DNA from: Crocinitomicaceae bacterium
Lineage (GTDB): Bacteria > Bacteroidota > Bacteroidia > Flavobacteriales_D > Crocinitomicaceae
NCBI GenBank assembly: GCA_024639405.1
Contig: JAHEIL010000010.1
Location: 14,048-78,047 of the forward strand
Length of the DNA stretch: 64,000 nt
Reading direction: 5' to 3'
The translations under genes were made by a program, and so were the position numbers. Positions within the stretch are counted from its first letter, which is position 1. Each line of letters starts with the position of its first letter. This document shows, piece by piece, positions 30,204 to 41,029 of the stretch. The notes below the pieces were generated by a model, which was not told where the DNA came from, ran no database searches, and saw only the letters and a program-made list of their open reading frames with translations.

Positions 30204-32090
30204 ATGAATAAAATCATCGGCGTATTAAGCGGAATCAAACCGCTATTTCAAAGACTGACAATCATTTTAATGATGATGACATTCTCTCGCCTGTTGTTTT
30301 ACAGCTTTAATAGCGCAAGTTTCACTTCGATTTCATTTATAGATTATTGTGTTGGCTTATGGTTTGACAGCATGACTATCGTTTTATATTTTGCCCCTTT
30401 CATTCTAATTTCTTTACTACCAACACCCGAAAAATGGTTTCGTATTAAAGAAATACTGTTAAAAATTTACTTTCATACTGTCAGTAGTTTGATGATTGCG
30501 TTGAATTTAATGGATATTGAATACTTCAAATACACCAGTAAAAGATCAACTTTTGATTTGTTAGCTATTTTAGGAACAGGTAATGACATCCAACAATTGG
30601 CAACAACTTTCATTAAAGATTTTTGGTTAATAATTATCTGTTTTATTGGATTTATTTTGATCAATGAATGGCTTTATCGTAAAACAAAACATTCATTCAC
30701 AGCTTTAAAACCAGTATCTTTAGGATTAAGTGTTCGATTTCTCGTTGTGTTCCCTTTTTTTATTGTACTTTCTAGAGGTGGAATTCAATTGCGTCCTATT
30801 GGAATTGTAGAAGCTTCACAATTTTCCAATCCAGAAAATTCAGCCTTTATTTTGAACACACCACTTACCATGTTAAAATCATATGGAAAAGAACGTTTAG
30901 AAGTAAAAAACTATTTTTCTGAGCAACAAAACGATCGTTTATTCAATCCAATTCAAACATCTCATCCGCAACATATTTTACCAGACGGAACCAACGTAAT
31001 GATTATTATTTTGGAAAGTTTTGGAAATGAATTTGTGGGTTCATTCAACGGTGGGAAATCGTACACACCTTTTTTTGATTCCTTAATTAAACAATCGCTT
31101 TCATTTGAATATGGCATTGCAAATGGTAAAAAATCAATTGAAGCTGTCCCATCTATCATTGCTTCAATACCAAGTTTAATGGACAATCCTTACATTTCAT
31201 CACCATACGGAAACAATCAAGTCAATTCTTTGGTTTCAATTCTAAAGAAAAAAGGATACGATTCTGGTTTTTATCACGGAGCAACAAATGGTTCAATGCG
31301 CTTTAATGGTTTTGCTGCGCAGTTAGGATTCAATCATTATTTTGGGAGATTTGAATATAACAACGACCAGCATTTTGATAAAACGTGGGGAATATTAGAC
31401 GAATATTTTAATCCATGGACCGCGCAACAACTTTCAAAATTAAAACAACCATTTATAGGTACTTTGTTTACGTTATCATCTCATCACCCCTATTATGTTC
31501 CAGTTAAATGGAAAAACAAAGTAATCAAAGGAAACCAACCCATTTGTGCTTCGATAAGTTACGGTGATATTTCTTTGAAAAAGTTTTTTGAAACGGCTAA
31601 AAAACAAGCATGGTACGACAATACGTTGTTTGTGTTAGTAGCTGATCACACACCCGCAACAACAAATCAATTGTACAACGACCGACGTTTCAAGTATCAA
31701 ATTCCAATTGTTTTTTACCATCCAAAAAAATTATTACCTGCCAAAAAAGAACATAAGATCATTCAACAATTGGACATTATGCCAACCGTATTAGATTTGT
31801 TAAACATTGATACGAAGTTTTACGCATACGGACAATCCATTTACAAAAACTCAGAACGAGAAGCGTTTACTTATTTAGAGGGTTCATATTTCTATTTTAC
31901 AAAAAATCATCTTTATACGTTTACGAATGATAAGGCACGAAATTTGTACGATTTCACCATTAAAAAAATGTCAACAACCGATTCACTTTCGTTTTACAAA
32001 AATGAAACGAAACACATTGAAAAAAGAATGAAAGCTATTATTCAACGTTACAATCGCGACTTGATTCATAATAAAACGGCAGTTCAATGA
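30204..32090 (+). CDS. LTA synthase / sulfatase-family membrane phosphotransferase
   Basis: Five-TM N-terminus and extracellular alkaline-phosphatase-superfamily domain (MIIILESFGNEF, LVADHTP). Confidence 0.75.
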   Translation: MNKIIGVLSGIKPLFQRLTIILMMMTFSRLLFYSFNSASFTSISFIDYCVGLWFDSMTIVLYFAPFILISLLPTPEKWFRIKEILLKIYFHTVSSLMIALNLMDIEYFKYTSKRSTFDLLAILGTGNDIQQLATTFIKDFWLIIICFIGFILINEWLYRKTKHSFTALKPVSLGLSVRFLVVFPFFIVLSRGGIQLRPIGIVEASQFSNPENSAFILNTPLTMLKSYGKERLEVKNYFSEQQNDRLFNPIQTSHPQHILPDGTNVMIIILESFGNEFVGSFNGGKSYTPFFDSLIKQSLSFEYGIANGKKSIEAVPSIIASIPSLMDNPYISSPYGNNQVNSLVSILKKKGYDSGFYHGATNGSMRFNGFAAQLGFNHYFGRFEYNNDQHFDKTWGILDEYFNPWTAQQLSKLKQPFIGTLFTLSSHHPYYVPVKWKNKVIKGNQPICASISYGDISLKKFFETAKKQAWYDNTLFVLVADHTPATTNQLYNDRRFKYQIPIVFYHPKKLLPAKKEHKIIQQLDIMPTVLDLLNIDTKFYAYGQSIYKNSEREAFTYLEGSYFYFTKNHLYTFTNDKARNLYDFTIKKMSTTDSLSFYKNETKHIEKRMKAIIQRYNRDLIHNKTAVQ

Positions 32091-32968
32091 AACAAAAAAT
32101 TCGATTTATCATCAACCCAATTTCAGGGGTAGGAAAAAAAGGGGAATTACCTCGTTTGATCGAACAAAATTTGGATCATTCGAGATTTGAATACGACATA
32201 AAATATACAGAATATAGAAAGCACGCGAAAGAAATCGCAAGAACAGCATCTCATGAAGGTGTTGATATTGTTTGTGCTGTTGGCGGCGATGGTTCTGTAC
32301 ATGAAGTGGGAACAGCTTTAATTGGAACTGCAACAAAATTAGCAATCATACCTTGTGGATCTGGCAATGGTTTGGCAAGACATTTAGGAATTCCTGTTGA
32401 TATTGAAAAATCAATATTAACAATTAACACAGCTCCAATATTTAAAATGGATACTGTATTGGTCAACGATAAACCATTTTTAGGAATTGGCGGTTATGGC
32501 TTTGATGCGCACATTGCTAAAATGTTTGACAATTATCACAAACGAGGATTCTGGAGCTATGTTAAATTGGTAGTCAAAGAATTTGCAACGTTTAAACCAG
32601 TTAAAATTGAGGTAGAAATAAACGGAAAGAAAGAAACAAAAAATGTCTTTCTATGCAACATTGCAAATGCCTCTGAATTTGGTAATGGATTTGTAATTTC
32701 TCCCAATTCTGACATAACTGACGGACAAATAGAATTGTGTTTTTTCAAGCCATTTTCACCCTGGTTAGCGCCTTTTGTAGTTCGACGCTTTTTTAAACGT
32801 ACTGTTCATCAATCGCGGTATTCAGAAATTATACAAGTTAAAAAAGCACGCTTAACACTCAGTAAAACTCTAGCTCATTACGATGGAGAACCTTTTCAAG
32901 TCAGAGAAGAATTAAATGTGGAAGTCATTCCACAAAGTTTAAATATTTTAACAGGAAACAAGAAATAA
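32087..32968 (+). CDS. Diacylglycerol/lipid kinase (YegS/BmrU family)
   Basis: Motifs NPISGVGK and VCAVGGDGSVHEV, with IPCGSGNGLA. Overlaps the upstream gene by 4 nt. Confidence 0.8.
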   Translation: MKQKIRFIINPISGVGKKGELPRLIEQNLDHSRFEYDIKYTEYRKHAKEIARTASHEGVDIVCAVGGDGSVHEVGTALIGTATKLAIIPCGSGNGLARHLGIPVDIEKSILTINTAPIFKMDTVLVNDKPFLGIGGYGFDAHIAKMFDNYHKRGFWSYVKLVVKEFATFKPVKIEVEINGKKETKNVFLCNIANASEFGNGFVISPNSDITDGQIELCFFKPFSPWLAPFVVRRFFKRTVHQSRYSEIIQVKKARLTLSKTLAHYDGEPFQVREELNVEVIPQSLNILTGNKK

Positions 32969-32972
32969 AGTT

Positions 32973-33422
32973 ATGGCTTTTATTGAATTAGATATTGCAG
33001 AAATGATCCAAACATTGGATAAATTAACACAAGACACACCAGCAAAATGGGGGAATTTATCCGCTCAAGGAATGGTTGAACACTTGTGTGATGGATTGAA
33101 AATGTCATCTGGAAAATTAAAATTCCCCTTAGAAATTGCTGCTGACAAACATGAGAAAATGCAAGCCTTTTTAGCATCAGACAAACCAATGGCGAAGAAT
33201 ATTGAAGTTTCATTTGTTAAAAAAGATACACCACTTCGTCATGAAGAAATTGAATTGGCAATAGATGAGTTTTTGTTAGAATGGATCGATTTTGAAGAAC
33301 ATTTTTCAGATGAAACAATAACGGAACAACATCCCTATTATGGTGATTTAAATTTTGACCAATGGTGTCAATTACATGCGAAACATTTCACCCATCACTT
33401 TGAACAATTTGGTTTAATATAA
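32973..33422 (+). CDS. DUF1569-family (DinB-fold) protein
   Basis: About 150 aa. KWGNLSAQGMVEHLCD and the C-terminal HAKHFTHHFEQFG pattern are typical of DUF1569. Confidence 0.55.
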   Translation: MAFIELDIAEMIQTLDKLTQDTPAKWGNLSAQGMVEHLCDGLKMSSGKLKFPLEIAADKHEKMQAFLASDKPMAKNIEVSFVKKDTPLRHEEIELAIDEFLLEWIDFEEHFSDETITEQHPYYGDLNFDQWCQLHAKHFTHHFEQFGLI

Positions 33423-33578
33423 ATGGTTTTAATTTATTCATTTATTATCGGTTGTATTGCCGGAATCATCAACTATTCCTTTGCACGCAAAAAAGGGCAC
33501 ACGTCAATTTCAGTCCTCGTTTTAGGAATATTAGCCTTTACAGCTGTAGCCTATTCGTTGTTGAAATATATTTTGTAA
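33423..33578 (+). CDS. Small membrane protein (51 aa), not in the supplied ORF track
   Basis: Its ATG immediately follows the upstream stop (TAAATG). It translates to MVLIYSFIIGCIAGIINYSFARKKGHTSISVLVLGILAFTAVAYSLLKYIL*, two hydrophobic helices joined by a basic loop. Confidence 0.5.
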   Translation: MVLIYSFIIGCIAGIINYSFARKKGHTSISVLVLGILAFTAVAYSLLKYIL

Positions 33579-33661
33579 GAATTAAAGAATCAAAAAGCAT
33601 AATCCGTATATTCGTATCATTCAAACTTAGAGTAAAAAAAGTTTGAAAATGACAGATAAAT

Positions 33662-35002
33662 ATGATTGGATTAAAAAATGATTTTCCTTCAAGTTCACTA
33701 TCAGAATGGAAAATTCAATTAGAAAAAGAACTAAAAGGAGCTGATTTTTCAGTTTTAGAACGAAATGATCTCATTGAAGAAATTCACTATTCTACTTTTC
33801 ATCACGCTGAAAGCTCAACAATCTTCGATCAAACACCTGGAGTAATTCCTTTTTCAAGAGGGTATCAAACGACATCCAATGAATGGAATATTGGTCAAGA
33901 AATCATTCTTTCAGATGCAAAAAAAGCCAACACATTAGCATTAAATTTATTAATGAAAGGCTGTAATTACTTACGTTTCACTTTGAATGATTCTGTGTTA
34001 AATTCTTTAACGATTGCTTTTGAAGGAATCCAGTTTGAATACATTACAACGTGCTTTTCCATTCAAACAATCGAACAATTTAAAGCAGTTGATGCATATT
34101 TCAATCATTCAATTCCGAAAACGATTCGATTAACAGTGGATCCTCAAACAGTTTCTAAGGAATGTTTTGAATACATTGCTGAAAAAGCGAAAAAAAATCA
34201 ATTTATTTTTTGTCACATCAATGGTTTTGCTGTTCAACAAACAGGCGCAACAACGTGGCAAGAAATAGCATTTTGTATCGCACAAGGTCATGCTACATTG
34301 GTGCAACTTTTTAACCTAGGTTTTACAATTGATGAAGCTAGTGCTTGTTTACAATTTAGTGTCGGAATAGGTTCCAATTACTTTTTTGAAATTTCAAAAA
34401 TTAGAGCCTTTAGATCTGTTTGGTCAAAAATTATTGCTGCCTATCAACCTGCGCATGCTTGCACCTACAATACAGAGATTCTTGCAGAAATTGGACACAC
34501 GAATAAATCGCTCAAAGATCCTTACACCAATTTCTTGCGTCAAACTACTGAAATAATGGCTGCAAGTTCAGCTGGTATTTCAACAATAATTGCACACCCA
34601 TACGACAGTATTGCAAAAACAAAAACAGCTTTAGCAGAAAGAATGGCGATTAATGTTTCTTTGATCATCAAGGAAGAAAGTTATTTTGATGCTGTTATAG
34701 ATCCAACTGGCGGAAGTTATTCCATCGAATTTATTACTACTGAAATTGGAAAAAAGGCTTGGCAATTATTTCAAGAAATTGAAGCTTTAAATGGAATTGA
34801 AACAACTGAAGCAACCGCATTCCTTCGATCAAAAATTGAAGAAAAAGCTGCTTTACGTATCCAATTACTAAAAGATCAAAAAGCCACTTTAATTGGAATC
34901 AATAAATTCCACAATGGAATTGAAGAAGAAAATACAATTGTTAACCAGCAAAGCTATTTAGGATTGCCATTTTTGCATTTTGAAAGTCTTTTAACAAACT
35001 AA
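33662..35002 (+). CDS. mutA: Methylmalonyl-CoA mutase small (beta) subunit
   Basis: MCM-like barrel lacking the B12-binding domain, placed directly upstream of the large subunit. TGGSYSIE motif. Confidence 0.8.
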   Translation: MIGLKNDFPSSSLSEWKIQLEKELKGADFSVLERNDLIEEIHYSTFHHAESSTIFDQTPGVIPFSRGYQTTSNEWNIGQEIILSDAKKANTLALNLLMKGCNYLRFTLNDSVLNSLTIAFEGIQFEYITTCFSIQTIEQFKAVDAYFNHSIPKTIRLTVDPQTVSKECFEYIAEKAKKNQFIFCHINGFAVQQTGATTWQEIAFCIAQGHATLVQLFNLGFTIDEASACLQFSVGIGSNYFFEISKIRAFRSVWSKIIAAYQPAHACTYNTEILAEIGHTNKSLKDPYTNFLRQTTEIMAASSAGISTIIAHPYDSIAKTKTALAERMAINVSLIIKEESYFDAVIDPTGGSYSIEFITTEIGKKAWQLFQEIEALNGIETTEATAFLRSKIEEKAALRIQLLKDQKATLIGINKFHNGIEEENTIVNQQSYLGLPFLHFESLLTN

Positions 35003-35005
35003 ACT

Positions 35006-37147
35006 ATGAAACGAATAGATTTTACTTCCATTCCATTTGAACAAACACGTTCAACTGAGCGAAAAGAACCAATCGTTTCATACGAAACGGCAGAAAAAAT
35101 TGCTTTAAATTCATTTTACAACAAAGAAGTACTTACCGAAACCGAACACATTGGATACGTTTCAGGAATTGCTCCTTACTTGAGAGGACCGTATGCATCC
35201 ATGTATGCTATTCGACCTTGGACAATTCGTCAATATGCTGGATTTTCAACTGCTGAAGAATCCAATGCTTTCTATAGAAGAAATTTAGCAGCAGGACAAA
35301 AAGGTCTTTCAGTAGCTTTTGATTTAGCAACTCATAGAGGATACGATTCAGATCACGAACGTGTTGTTGGAGATGTTGGAAAAGCTGGGGTTGCAATCGA
35401 TTCTATCTTGGATATGAAAATCCTTTTTGACAAAATTCCTTTGGATCAAATGTCCGTTTCTATGACCATGAACGGAGCTGTGATTCCAATTTTAGCCTTT
35501 TATATTGTTGCTGCAGAAGAACAAGGTGTCGCTCAAGAAATGTTAACAGGAACTATTCAAAATGATATTTTAAAGGAGTTCATGGTGAGAAATACTTACA
35601 TTTATCCACCTACTCCATCCATGCGAATTATTTCGGATATTTTTGCATACACTTCGAAACACATGCCGAAATTCAATTCCATTTCAATTTCTGGTTATCA
35701 CATGCAAGAAGCTGGAGCAACTGCTGCCATTGAATTAGCTTATACCTTAGCAGACGGTTTAGAATACATTCGAGCAGGAATTGCTGCAGGTATGGATATT
35801 GATTCTTTTGCTCCACGATTAAGTTTCTTTTGGGCAATAGGAATGAACCATCATATGGAAATTGCAAAATTGAGAGCAGGAAGATTAATATGGTCTAAAA
35901 TAGTCAAACAATTTCAACCTAAAAGCGATAAATCGTTAGCCTTAAGAACACATTGCCAAACGTCAGGTTGGAGTTTAACAGAACAAGATCCTTTTAACAA
36001 TATTGCTCGAACTTGCATCGAAGCACTAGGTGCAGTTTTAGGTGGAACACAATCTTTACATACCAATGCATTGGATGAAGCAATTGCTTTACCAACCGAT
36101 TTTTCTGCACGAATTGCACGAAACACACAAATTTATATTCAAGAAGAAATTGGTGTAACCTCTTTTATTGATCCTTTTGGAGGCAGTTATTACATCGAAA
36201 AACTGACAGAAGAATTGGTAAATGAAGCATGGAAATTGATTGAAGAAGTTGAAGAACTTGGTGGCATGTCGAAAGCAATTGAAACTGGCTTACCAAAAAT
36301 GCGCATTGAAGAAGCAGCTGCTCGTAAACAAGCGCGCATAGATTCTGGAAAAGATGTTATTGTTGGTGTAAACAGATTTGAGATTTCTGAAGAAGAATCT
36401 ACAAAAATTGAAATTCTAGAAGTTGACAATACAAAAGTACGAATAGCACAACTAGATCGTTTAGCCGAATTAAAAGCTAATCGTAAGCAAGAAAATGTTA
36501 ACACCTTACTAAAAGAACTAGAAGAAGCAGCTAAAAATGGAACTGGAAATTTACTAGAAATAGCAATTCGTTGTGCGAGAGAGCGTGCTTCATTGGGCGA
36601 AATTTCGTTGGCAATGGAAAATGTTTTTGGTCGCTACCAAGCTACAATTCGATCAATTTCTGGTGTTTATTCGCACGAAGCTATGGATGATAAAGATTTT
36701 AAAATCGCACAAGAATTAACCAATGAATTCAGTCAAACAGAAGGAAGACGACCTCGAATTATGATTGCTAAAATGGGTCAAGATGGCCATGATCGAGGCG
36801 CGAAAGTAATCGCATCTTCCTTTGCAGATATTGGATTTGACGTTGATATCGGCCCATTATTTCAAACACCTGCAGAGGCAGCGAAACAAGCCGTTGAAAA
36901 CGACGTGCATATTTTAGGCGTTTCTTCGTTAGCTGCTGGACACAAAACATTGGTCCCACAAGTGATCGAAGAATTAAAAAAATTAAACCGTGAAGACATC
37001 ATGGTCATTGCTGGAGGTGTAATTCCCCAACAAGATTATGATTTCTTATACAAAGCGGGTGTTTTTGGAATTTTTGGTCCTGGCACTAAAATATCAAAAG
37101 CAGCACAAGAAATACTTAGATTGTTAATAAAAAGTAATGAAGAATAA
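35006..37147 (+). CDS. mutB: Methylmalonyl-CoA mutase large (alpha) subunit, B12-dependent
   Basis: Motifs [18 protein letters not shown] and FGGSYYIE. C-terminal cobalamin-binding motif [11 protein letters not shown] (DxHxxG). Confidence 0.93.
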   Translation: MKRIDFTSIPFEQTRSTERKEPIVSYETAEKIALNSFYNKEVLTETEHIGYVSGIAPYLRGPYASMYAIRPWTIRQYAGFSTAEESNAFYRRNLAAGQKGLSVAFDLATHRGYDSDHERVVGDVGKAGVAIDSILDMKILFDKIPLDQMSVSMTMNGAVIPILAFYIVAAEEQGVAQEMLTGTIQNDILKEFMVRNTYIYPPTPSMRIISDIFAYTSKHMPKFNSISISGYHMQEAGATAAIELAYTLADGLEYIRAGIAAGMDIDSFAPRLSFFWAIGMNHHMEIAKLRAGRLIWSKIVKQFQPKSDKSLALRTHCQTSGWSLTEQDPFNNIARTCIEALGAVLGGTQSLHTNALDEAIALPTDFSARIARNTQIYIQEEIGVTSFIDPFGGSYYIEKLTEELVNEAWKLIEEVEELGGMSKAIETGLPKMRIEEAAARKQARIDSGKDVIVGVNRFEISEEESTKIEILEVDNTKVRIAQLDRLAELKANRKQENVNTLLKELEEAAKNGTGNLLEIAIRCARERASLGEISLAMENVFGRYQATIRSISGVYSHEAMDDKDFKIAQELTNEFSQTEGRRPRIMIAKMGQDGHDRGAKVIASSFADIGFDVDIGPLFQTPAEAAKQAVENDVHILGVSSLAAGHKTLVPQVIEELKKLNREDIMVIAGGVIPQQDYDFLYKAGVFGIFGPGTKISKAAQEILRLLIKSNEE

Positions 37148-37169
37148 TCCGAATTTTGCATACTGAAAT

Positions 37170-37177
37170 TAGTTTTG
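37170..37177 (+). promoter_or_regulatory. Bacteroidota -7 box (TAGTTTTG)
   Basis: TAnnTTTG match, 46 nt upstream of ATG 37224. A second near match, TCAATTTG, lies at 37190-37197. Confidence 0.3.
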
Positions 37178-37223
37178 TACATTCGGCATTCAATTTGAAA
37201 TAAAAACTCTAAATAATAATAAC

Positions 37224-37970
37224 ATGAAAAAAATAATCGCATTAGTAGCACTTTTAATTGGAAGTTTACCGGTATTCTCTCAAGCACCTGATTACAATGA
37301 TTTAAAAATATTATTTGCAGATGGAAACTATGAAAAATTAACCAAATATGCAGATAACTATACTCAAAAAGAAAATTTAAAAAAAGACCCAATTCCCTAT
37401 ATTTGGTTAGCAAAAGGATTGCATAAAATTTCAGTTTCAGGAACAAAAGATGAAAAATTTAAAAATGCGTTTAAGGAAGCTATTGGCGCAATGACTAAAG
37501 CATTTAAAATTGACAAAGATTCAACTTTAATGAATGAATTTGGTGAATTTATTGGTGAATTTCAAATTGCTGTATCAGAATACATCACCAATGATTTAAC
37601 TGCTAAAGATTATGCAAAAGCATCTGGTTGGGCAATGAAATATACTAAAATATCATACCACCCAATTGGAGCACAATACATTGATGGTGCAGCAAAATAT
37701 AGAAAAGCTGATAAAGGTACTGCTTTAACAATTTGGAAAACAGCTGAAGTAGAAATCACCAAAATGATTGCTAAAAATGAAGATATTAAAGAATGGGGCG
37801 AGGCAGATTTAGCTCTTTTCAGAGTAGGTGTTTTTAGTACAGTTGAATGTTTAATTGATGGAAAACAAGTTCCAAAAGCTAAAGCATTGCTTTCTAAAGT
37901 TGAACCACTATTTGCTGAGGACGAAGAATTTAAAACAAAAGCAGAAGAATTAAATGCTTTAATGAACTAA
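37224..37970 (+). CDS. Hypothetical secreted alpha-helical protein
   Basis: Signal peptide MKKIIALVALLIGSLPVFSQ. No catalytic motif recognised. Confidence 0.55.
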   Translation: MKKIIALVALLIGSLPVFSQAPDYNDLKILFADGNYEKLTKYADNYTQKENLKKDPIPYIWLAKGLHKISVSGTKDEKFKNAFKEAIGAMTKAFKIDKDSTLMNEFGEFIGEFQIAVSEYITNDLTAKDYAKASGWAMKYTKISYHPIGAQYIDGAAKYRKADKGTALTIWKTAEVEITKMIAKNEDIKEWGEADLALFRVGVFSTVECLIDGKQVPKAKALLSKVEPLFAEDEEFKTKAEELNALMN

Positions 37971-37974
37971 ATTG

Positions 37975-38002
37975 AAAGCCTCAGTATTGAGGCTTTTTTT
38001 TT
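37975..38002 (+). terminator. Rho-independent terminator
   Basis: Stem aaagcctca (37975-83) / tgaggcttt (37988-96) running into a 9-T run. Confidence 0.7.
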
Positions 38003-38081
38003 AACATTATAGTATGTATAAAATTATGTTACCTTCTAATACAGCACTTACTTTAAGTGTATTTTTATAAAAAAGAATACC

Positions 38082-38381
38082 ATGAAAAAATACATGTACT
38101 TACTTAAGAATAAATTCATTTTTACGAGTTGTATATTTTTTGTGTATATTTTATTTTTAGATGATGTTGATATTTTCACAATCATCAATCAAAACAATAA
38201 ACTTGGAAAATTACAAGTGGCAAAAGAGGAAGTTTCAGGAAGATTAAAGCAATTACGTTTCACTTTAAAAAAATTGCATTATACAGCTGAACTTGAAAAT
38301 TATGCCCGTGAAAATAAGCTATTCAAAAAAGACGACGAAGAAATTTTTATAATTTCTACTACCAAGCGCATTTCTAATTAA
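38082..38381 (+). CDS. Septum formation initiator family protein (FtsB/DivIC-like)
   Basis: 99 aa, with a single N-terminal TM followed by a coiled coil (KLGKLQVAKEEVSGRLKQLRFTLKKL). Confidence 0.55.
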   Translation: MKKYMYLLKNKFIFTSCIFFVYILFLDDVDIFTIINQNNKLGKLQVAKEEVSGRLKQLRFTLKKLHYTAELENYARENKLFKKDDEEIFIISTTKRISN

Positions 38382-39555
38382 GCACTTTTAAACTTCCTTG
38401 ACGTTGTTTAAAAAATTGCTGTTTTGAATATTCTTCAATTACAATTCCAGGGAAATAATAAAATGCAATTTGTTGGAAATTGAATCCTGATTTCGCCATT
38501 TTCATAGCTCCTTCTTGACACAATCCTACACCGTGTCCAAATCCTCTACCAGTAATTACAACGTCTTCATTCTCTGGATAACAGCTAAAAAAGGTAGACT
38601 TTAAATTAAAATGCTCCCTTAAATCCCTTAATGGAATTCCAAAAATTGGATTGATATAAAATGCCAATCGCTGCGTTTGTTGAAATGTAAACATTCGCTT
38701 AGCAATTGTTGAATCTGATATTGGAAAATTATACTTTGAAACCAAAAAATCACGCCAATCTTCTTGACTCACACGTTTCTCCCAGTTGGCTTGTTTGGTA
38801 TAAATACAAAAAGTATCTTTAAACGTCTCCAAATAATTGATTCGCTCGTTCCAAACATCTTGAGGTTCTGACGTTTGTCCACCACAATTTGCATGAAAAT
38901 AAGCATCAATTAGTTTTCCATTTTCATCCAACATAACCAAATCGTGTGTTTTTACAACTGCAGAATCAATAATGGGAGTATAAGTTAACATATTGTGATA
39001 CGCTTGACAATGTACACGATCGCACAAATCAAATCCTTCTTTTTTATGTTTCCCAAGGTATTTCAAGGCGTATGTTCGACTCATTAGTGCTTGCACTTTG
39101 TAATACTCAATTTGTCGTCCACCACCACCTTCTGATTCCACTACACCCGCTAAGTAGGTATCCATATCGACCAGATTAACAATGTTTAGATTTTTTTCTT
39201 TTACAGTTATTTCAAAATCACCTTCATATTTTCGCAATTTCAATAAAGGCGATTTAACATTCAATGTCAAAGATGTTTTTAAGTTATTTTGTATCAAAAA
39301 AACTGTTTCAAAATCTCCTATATCAGTAGCACCTTTTTTTAGATGAACTTTTCCATTTTCAATCGAAAGGTCAATGAATTCGTTGGGTAAAATTGCACCA
39401 AAATCTAATGAATCGGCAAAAATCGAGTAACTACCATTGTTGTATGAAAATGAGATTTTTTTGGTTGCATACTCTCTAAACAAGCCAATACGAAGCTGTT
39501 GCGCAAAACTATTGCTCAAAAAGAAAACGATAAGAACTGTAAAAATGAACCTCAC
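38374..39555 (-). CDS. SpoIID/LytB domain-containing protein
   Basis: Motifs EALKAQ-like QALMSRTYAL, CDRVHCQAY, FHANCGGQT, and GHGVGLCQEGA. Confidence 0.8.
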   Translation of the reverse strand: MRFIFTVLIVFFLSNSFAQQLRIGLFREYATKKISFSYNNGSYSIFADSLDFGAILPNEFIDLSIENGKVHLKKGATDIGDFETVFLIQNNLKTSLTLNVKSPLLKLRKYEGDFEITVKEKNLNIVNLVDMDTYLAGVVESEGGGGRQIEYYKVQALMSRTYALKYLGKHKKEGFDLCDRVHCQAYHNMLTYTPIIDSAVVKTHDLVMLDENGKLIDAYFHANCGGQTSEPQDVWNERINYLETFKDTFCIYTKQANWEKRVSQEDWRDFLVSKYNFPISDSTIAKRMFTFQQTQRLAFYINPIFGIPLRDLREHFNLKSTFFSCYPENEDVVITGRGFGHGVGLCQEGAMKMAKSGFNFQQIAFYYFPGIVIEEYSKQQFFKQRQGSLKVLN

Positions 39556-39588
39556 GATGCAAAAATAAACAATGAACTTCTTGCTGAA

Positions 39589-40719
39589 TCAAGCTTGATT
39601 AATAGTTTTCAACAGCGCATGTGCGATTTTACTACTTGCCCCTCCAGCTCCTAAGATTTGTTCTAATTCATTGTAGTCGTTCAACATCTTTTCACGTTTC
39701 ATTCCTCCTACAATTATTTCAGATAATTCTTGTTCAATTAAAGTAGCATTACAATCTTTTTGAATTAATTCTTTTACTGCCTCACGATTTAAGATTAAAT
39801 TAACCAATGAGATAAATTTAATTTTTATTAATCTTTTTGCAATTTGGTAAGAGAAATTTGAACTCTTGTAGCAAACAACTTGTGGTACTTTAAACAGCGC
39901 AGTTTCAAGAGTTGCAGTTCCTGAAGTAACGACAGCTGCTTCTGCAATTTCCAATAAATCGTATGTTTTGCCAAAAATAATTTTATCCGATTCGTTAATA
40001 AATTGAAGGTAAAAATCTGGTGTTAAACTTGGTGCACCAGCAATAATAATTTGATACCCCTCAAAAGACCGAACAGCATTTAACATGATGGGTAATTTCA
40101 CGGAAACCTCTTGTTTTCTACTACCAGGCAACAAGGCTATTATTGGTTTGTCTGATAAATTATTATCATCATAAATTAGTTTTTTATCGACTACTGTAGC
40201 TTTAAAATCATCAACCGCATCTAACAAAGGGTGACCTAAATATTGAACATCAAAATCGAATTTTTTATAAAAATCTTTTTCAAACGGTAATATAACATAC
40301 AGTTCATCTACGCATTTTTTAATTTTGTGAACACGTGATTGTTTCCATGCCCAAACTTGCGGAGAGACATAATAATAAACTTTTATCCCTTGTGATTTTG
40401 CCCATTCAGCAATACGTAAATTAAAGCCCGGATAATCAATTAATATCAATGCATCCGGTTGAAATGCTGCTATGTCATTTTTACAGTATCGAATGTTATT
40501 TAATATCGTTTTGATATTTTTAATAACTTCAAGAAAACCCATAAAAGCAAGATCCTTGATGTGTTTAACGAGTGTACCTCCTTGTTGTTGCATTTTATCA
40601 CCACCCCAATACCTGAAATCTAGCAATGTGTTTTCAGCTTTCAAGTGTTTCATCAAATTACTTCCATGCAAATCACCTGAAGCTTCTCCAGCTATAATGT
40701 ATAGTTTTAAATTTTTCAT
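39589..40719 (-). CDS. lpxB: Lipid-A-disaccharide synthase
   Basis: N-terminus IIAGEASGDLHG, with LIDYPGFNL, YYVSPQVWAW and PGSR motifs. Confidence 0.9.
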   Translation of the reverse strand: MKNLKLYIIAGEASGDLHGSNLMKHLKAENTLLDFRYWGGDKMQQQGGTLVKHIKDLAFMGFLEVIKNIKTILNNIRYCKNDIAAFQPDALILIDYPGFNLRIAEWAKSQGIKVYYYVSPQVWAWKQSRVHKIKKCVDELYVILPFEKDFYKKFDFDVQYLGHPLLDAVDDFKATVVDKKLIYDDNNLSDKPIIALLPGSRKQEVSVKLPIMLNAVRSFEGYQIIIAGAPSLTPDFYLQFINESDKIIFGKTYDLLEIAEAAVVTSGTATLETALFKVPQVVCYKSSNFSYQIAKRLIKIKFISLVNLILNREAVKELIQKDCNATLIEQELSEIIVGGMKREKMLNDYNELEQILGAGGASSKIAHALLKTINQA

Positions 40720-40720
40720 A

Positions 40721-41029
40721 TCAATGAATGAAATTCAAATATAAAATATAGGGTAAAAAACAAATTGAACCGATTATTACGCCGCGTGCCATCTCGTATT
40801 TTGAACGATTTAACAACAAATAAAACCAGATTAAATTCGAAATAATTGCCAATGAAATTACTTTACTTTTTACTAAATCCATAGCACTGAATTTACCCCA
40901 TAATTGACTGAAGGGATAATTTTGAGCCCAAGCCAATAAAGCAATGACTATTGGGATAAAGATTAAAGGAGAAATAAATCCTATGATCCACCCAAGTGTG
41001 TTTTCCTTGGTCCATTTTTTTAGTTTCAT
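40721..41029 (-). CDS. Small membrane protein (3 TM), conserved between lpxB and surE
   Basis: Three hydrophobic segments. 4-nt overlap with surE and 1-nt gap to lpxB indicate one operon. Confidence 0.55.
   Translation of the reverse strand: MKLKKWTKENTLGWIIGFISPLIFIPIVIALLAWAQNYPFSQLWGKFSAMDLVKSKVISLAIISNLIWFYLLLNRSKYEMARGVIIGSICFLPYILYLNFIH

Noticed and set aside
33452-33646. 64-aa track ORF (MYCRNHQLFLCTQKRAHVNF...)
   Set aside because: Its composition is implausible, and it overlaps the better-supported 51-codon membrane ORF (33423..33578) in another frame.
33579-33661. Cobalamin riboswitch upstream of the B12-dependent methylmalonyl-CoA mutase genes
   Set aside because: The gap is only 83 nt, with no recognisable B12-box or multi-stem structure. 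It contains just a weak 7-bp hairpin (tcaaact/agtttga). Mutase genes are also not typical B12-riboswitch targets.
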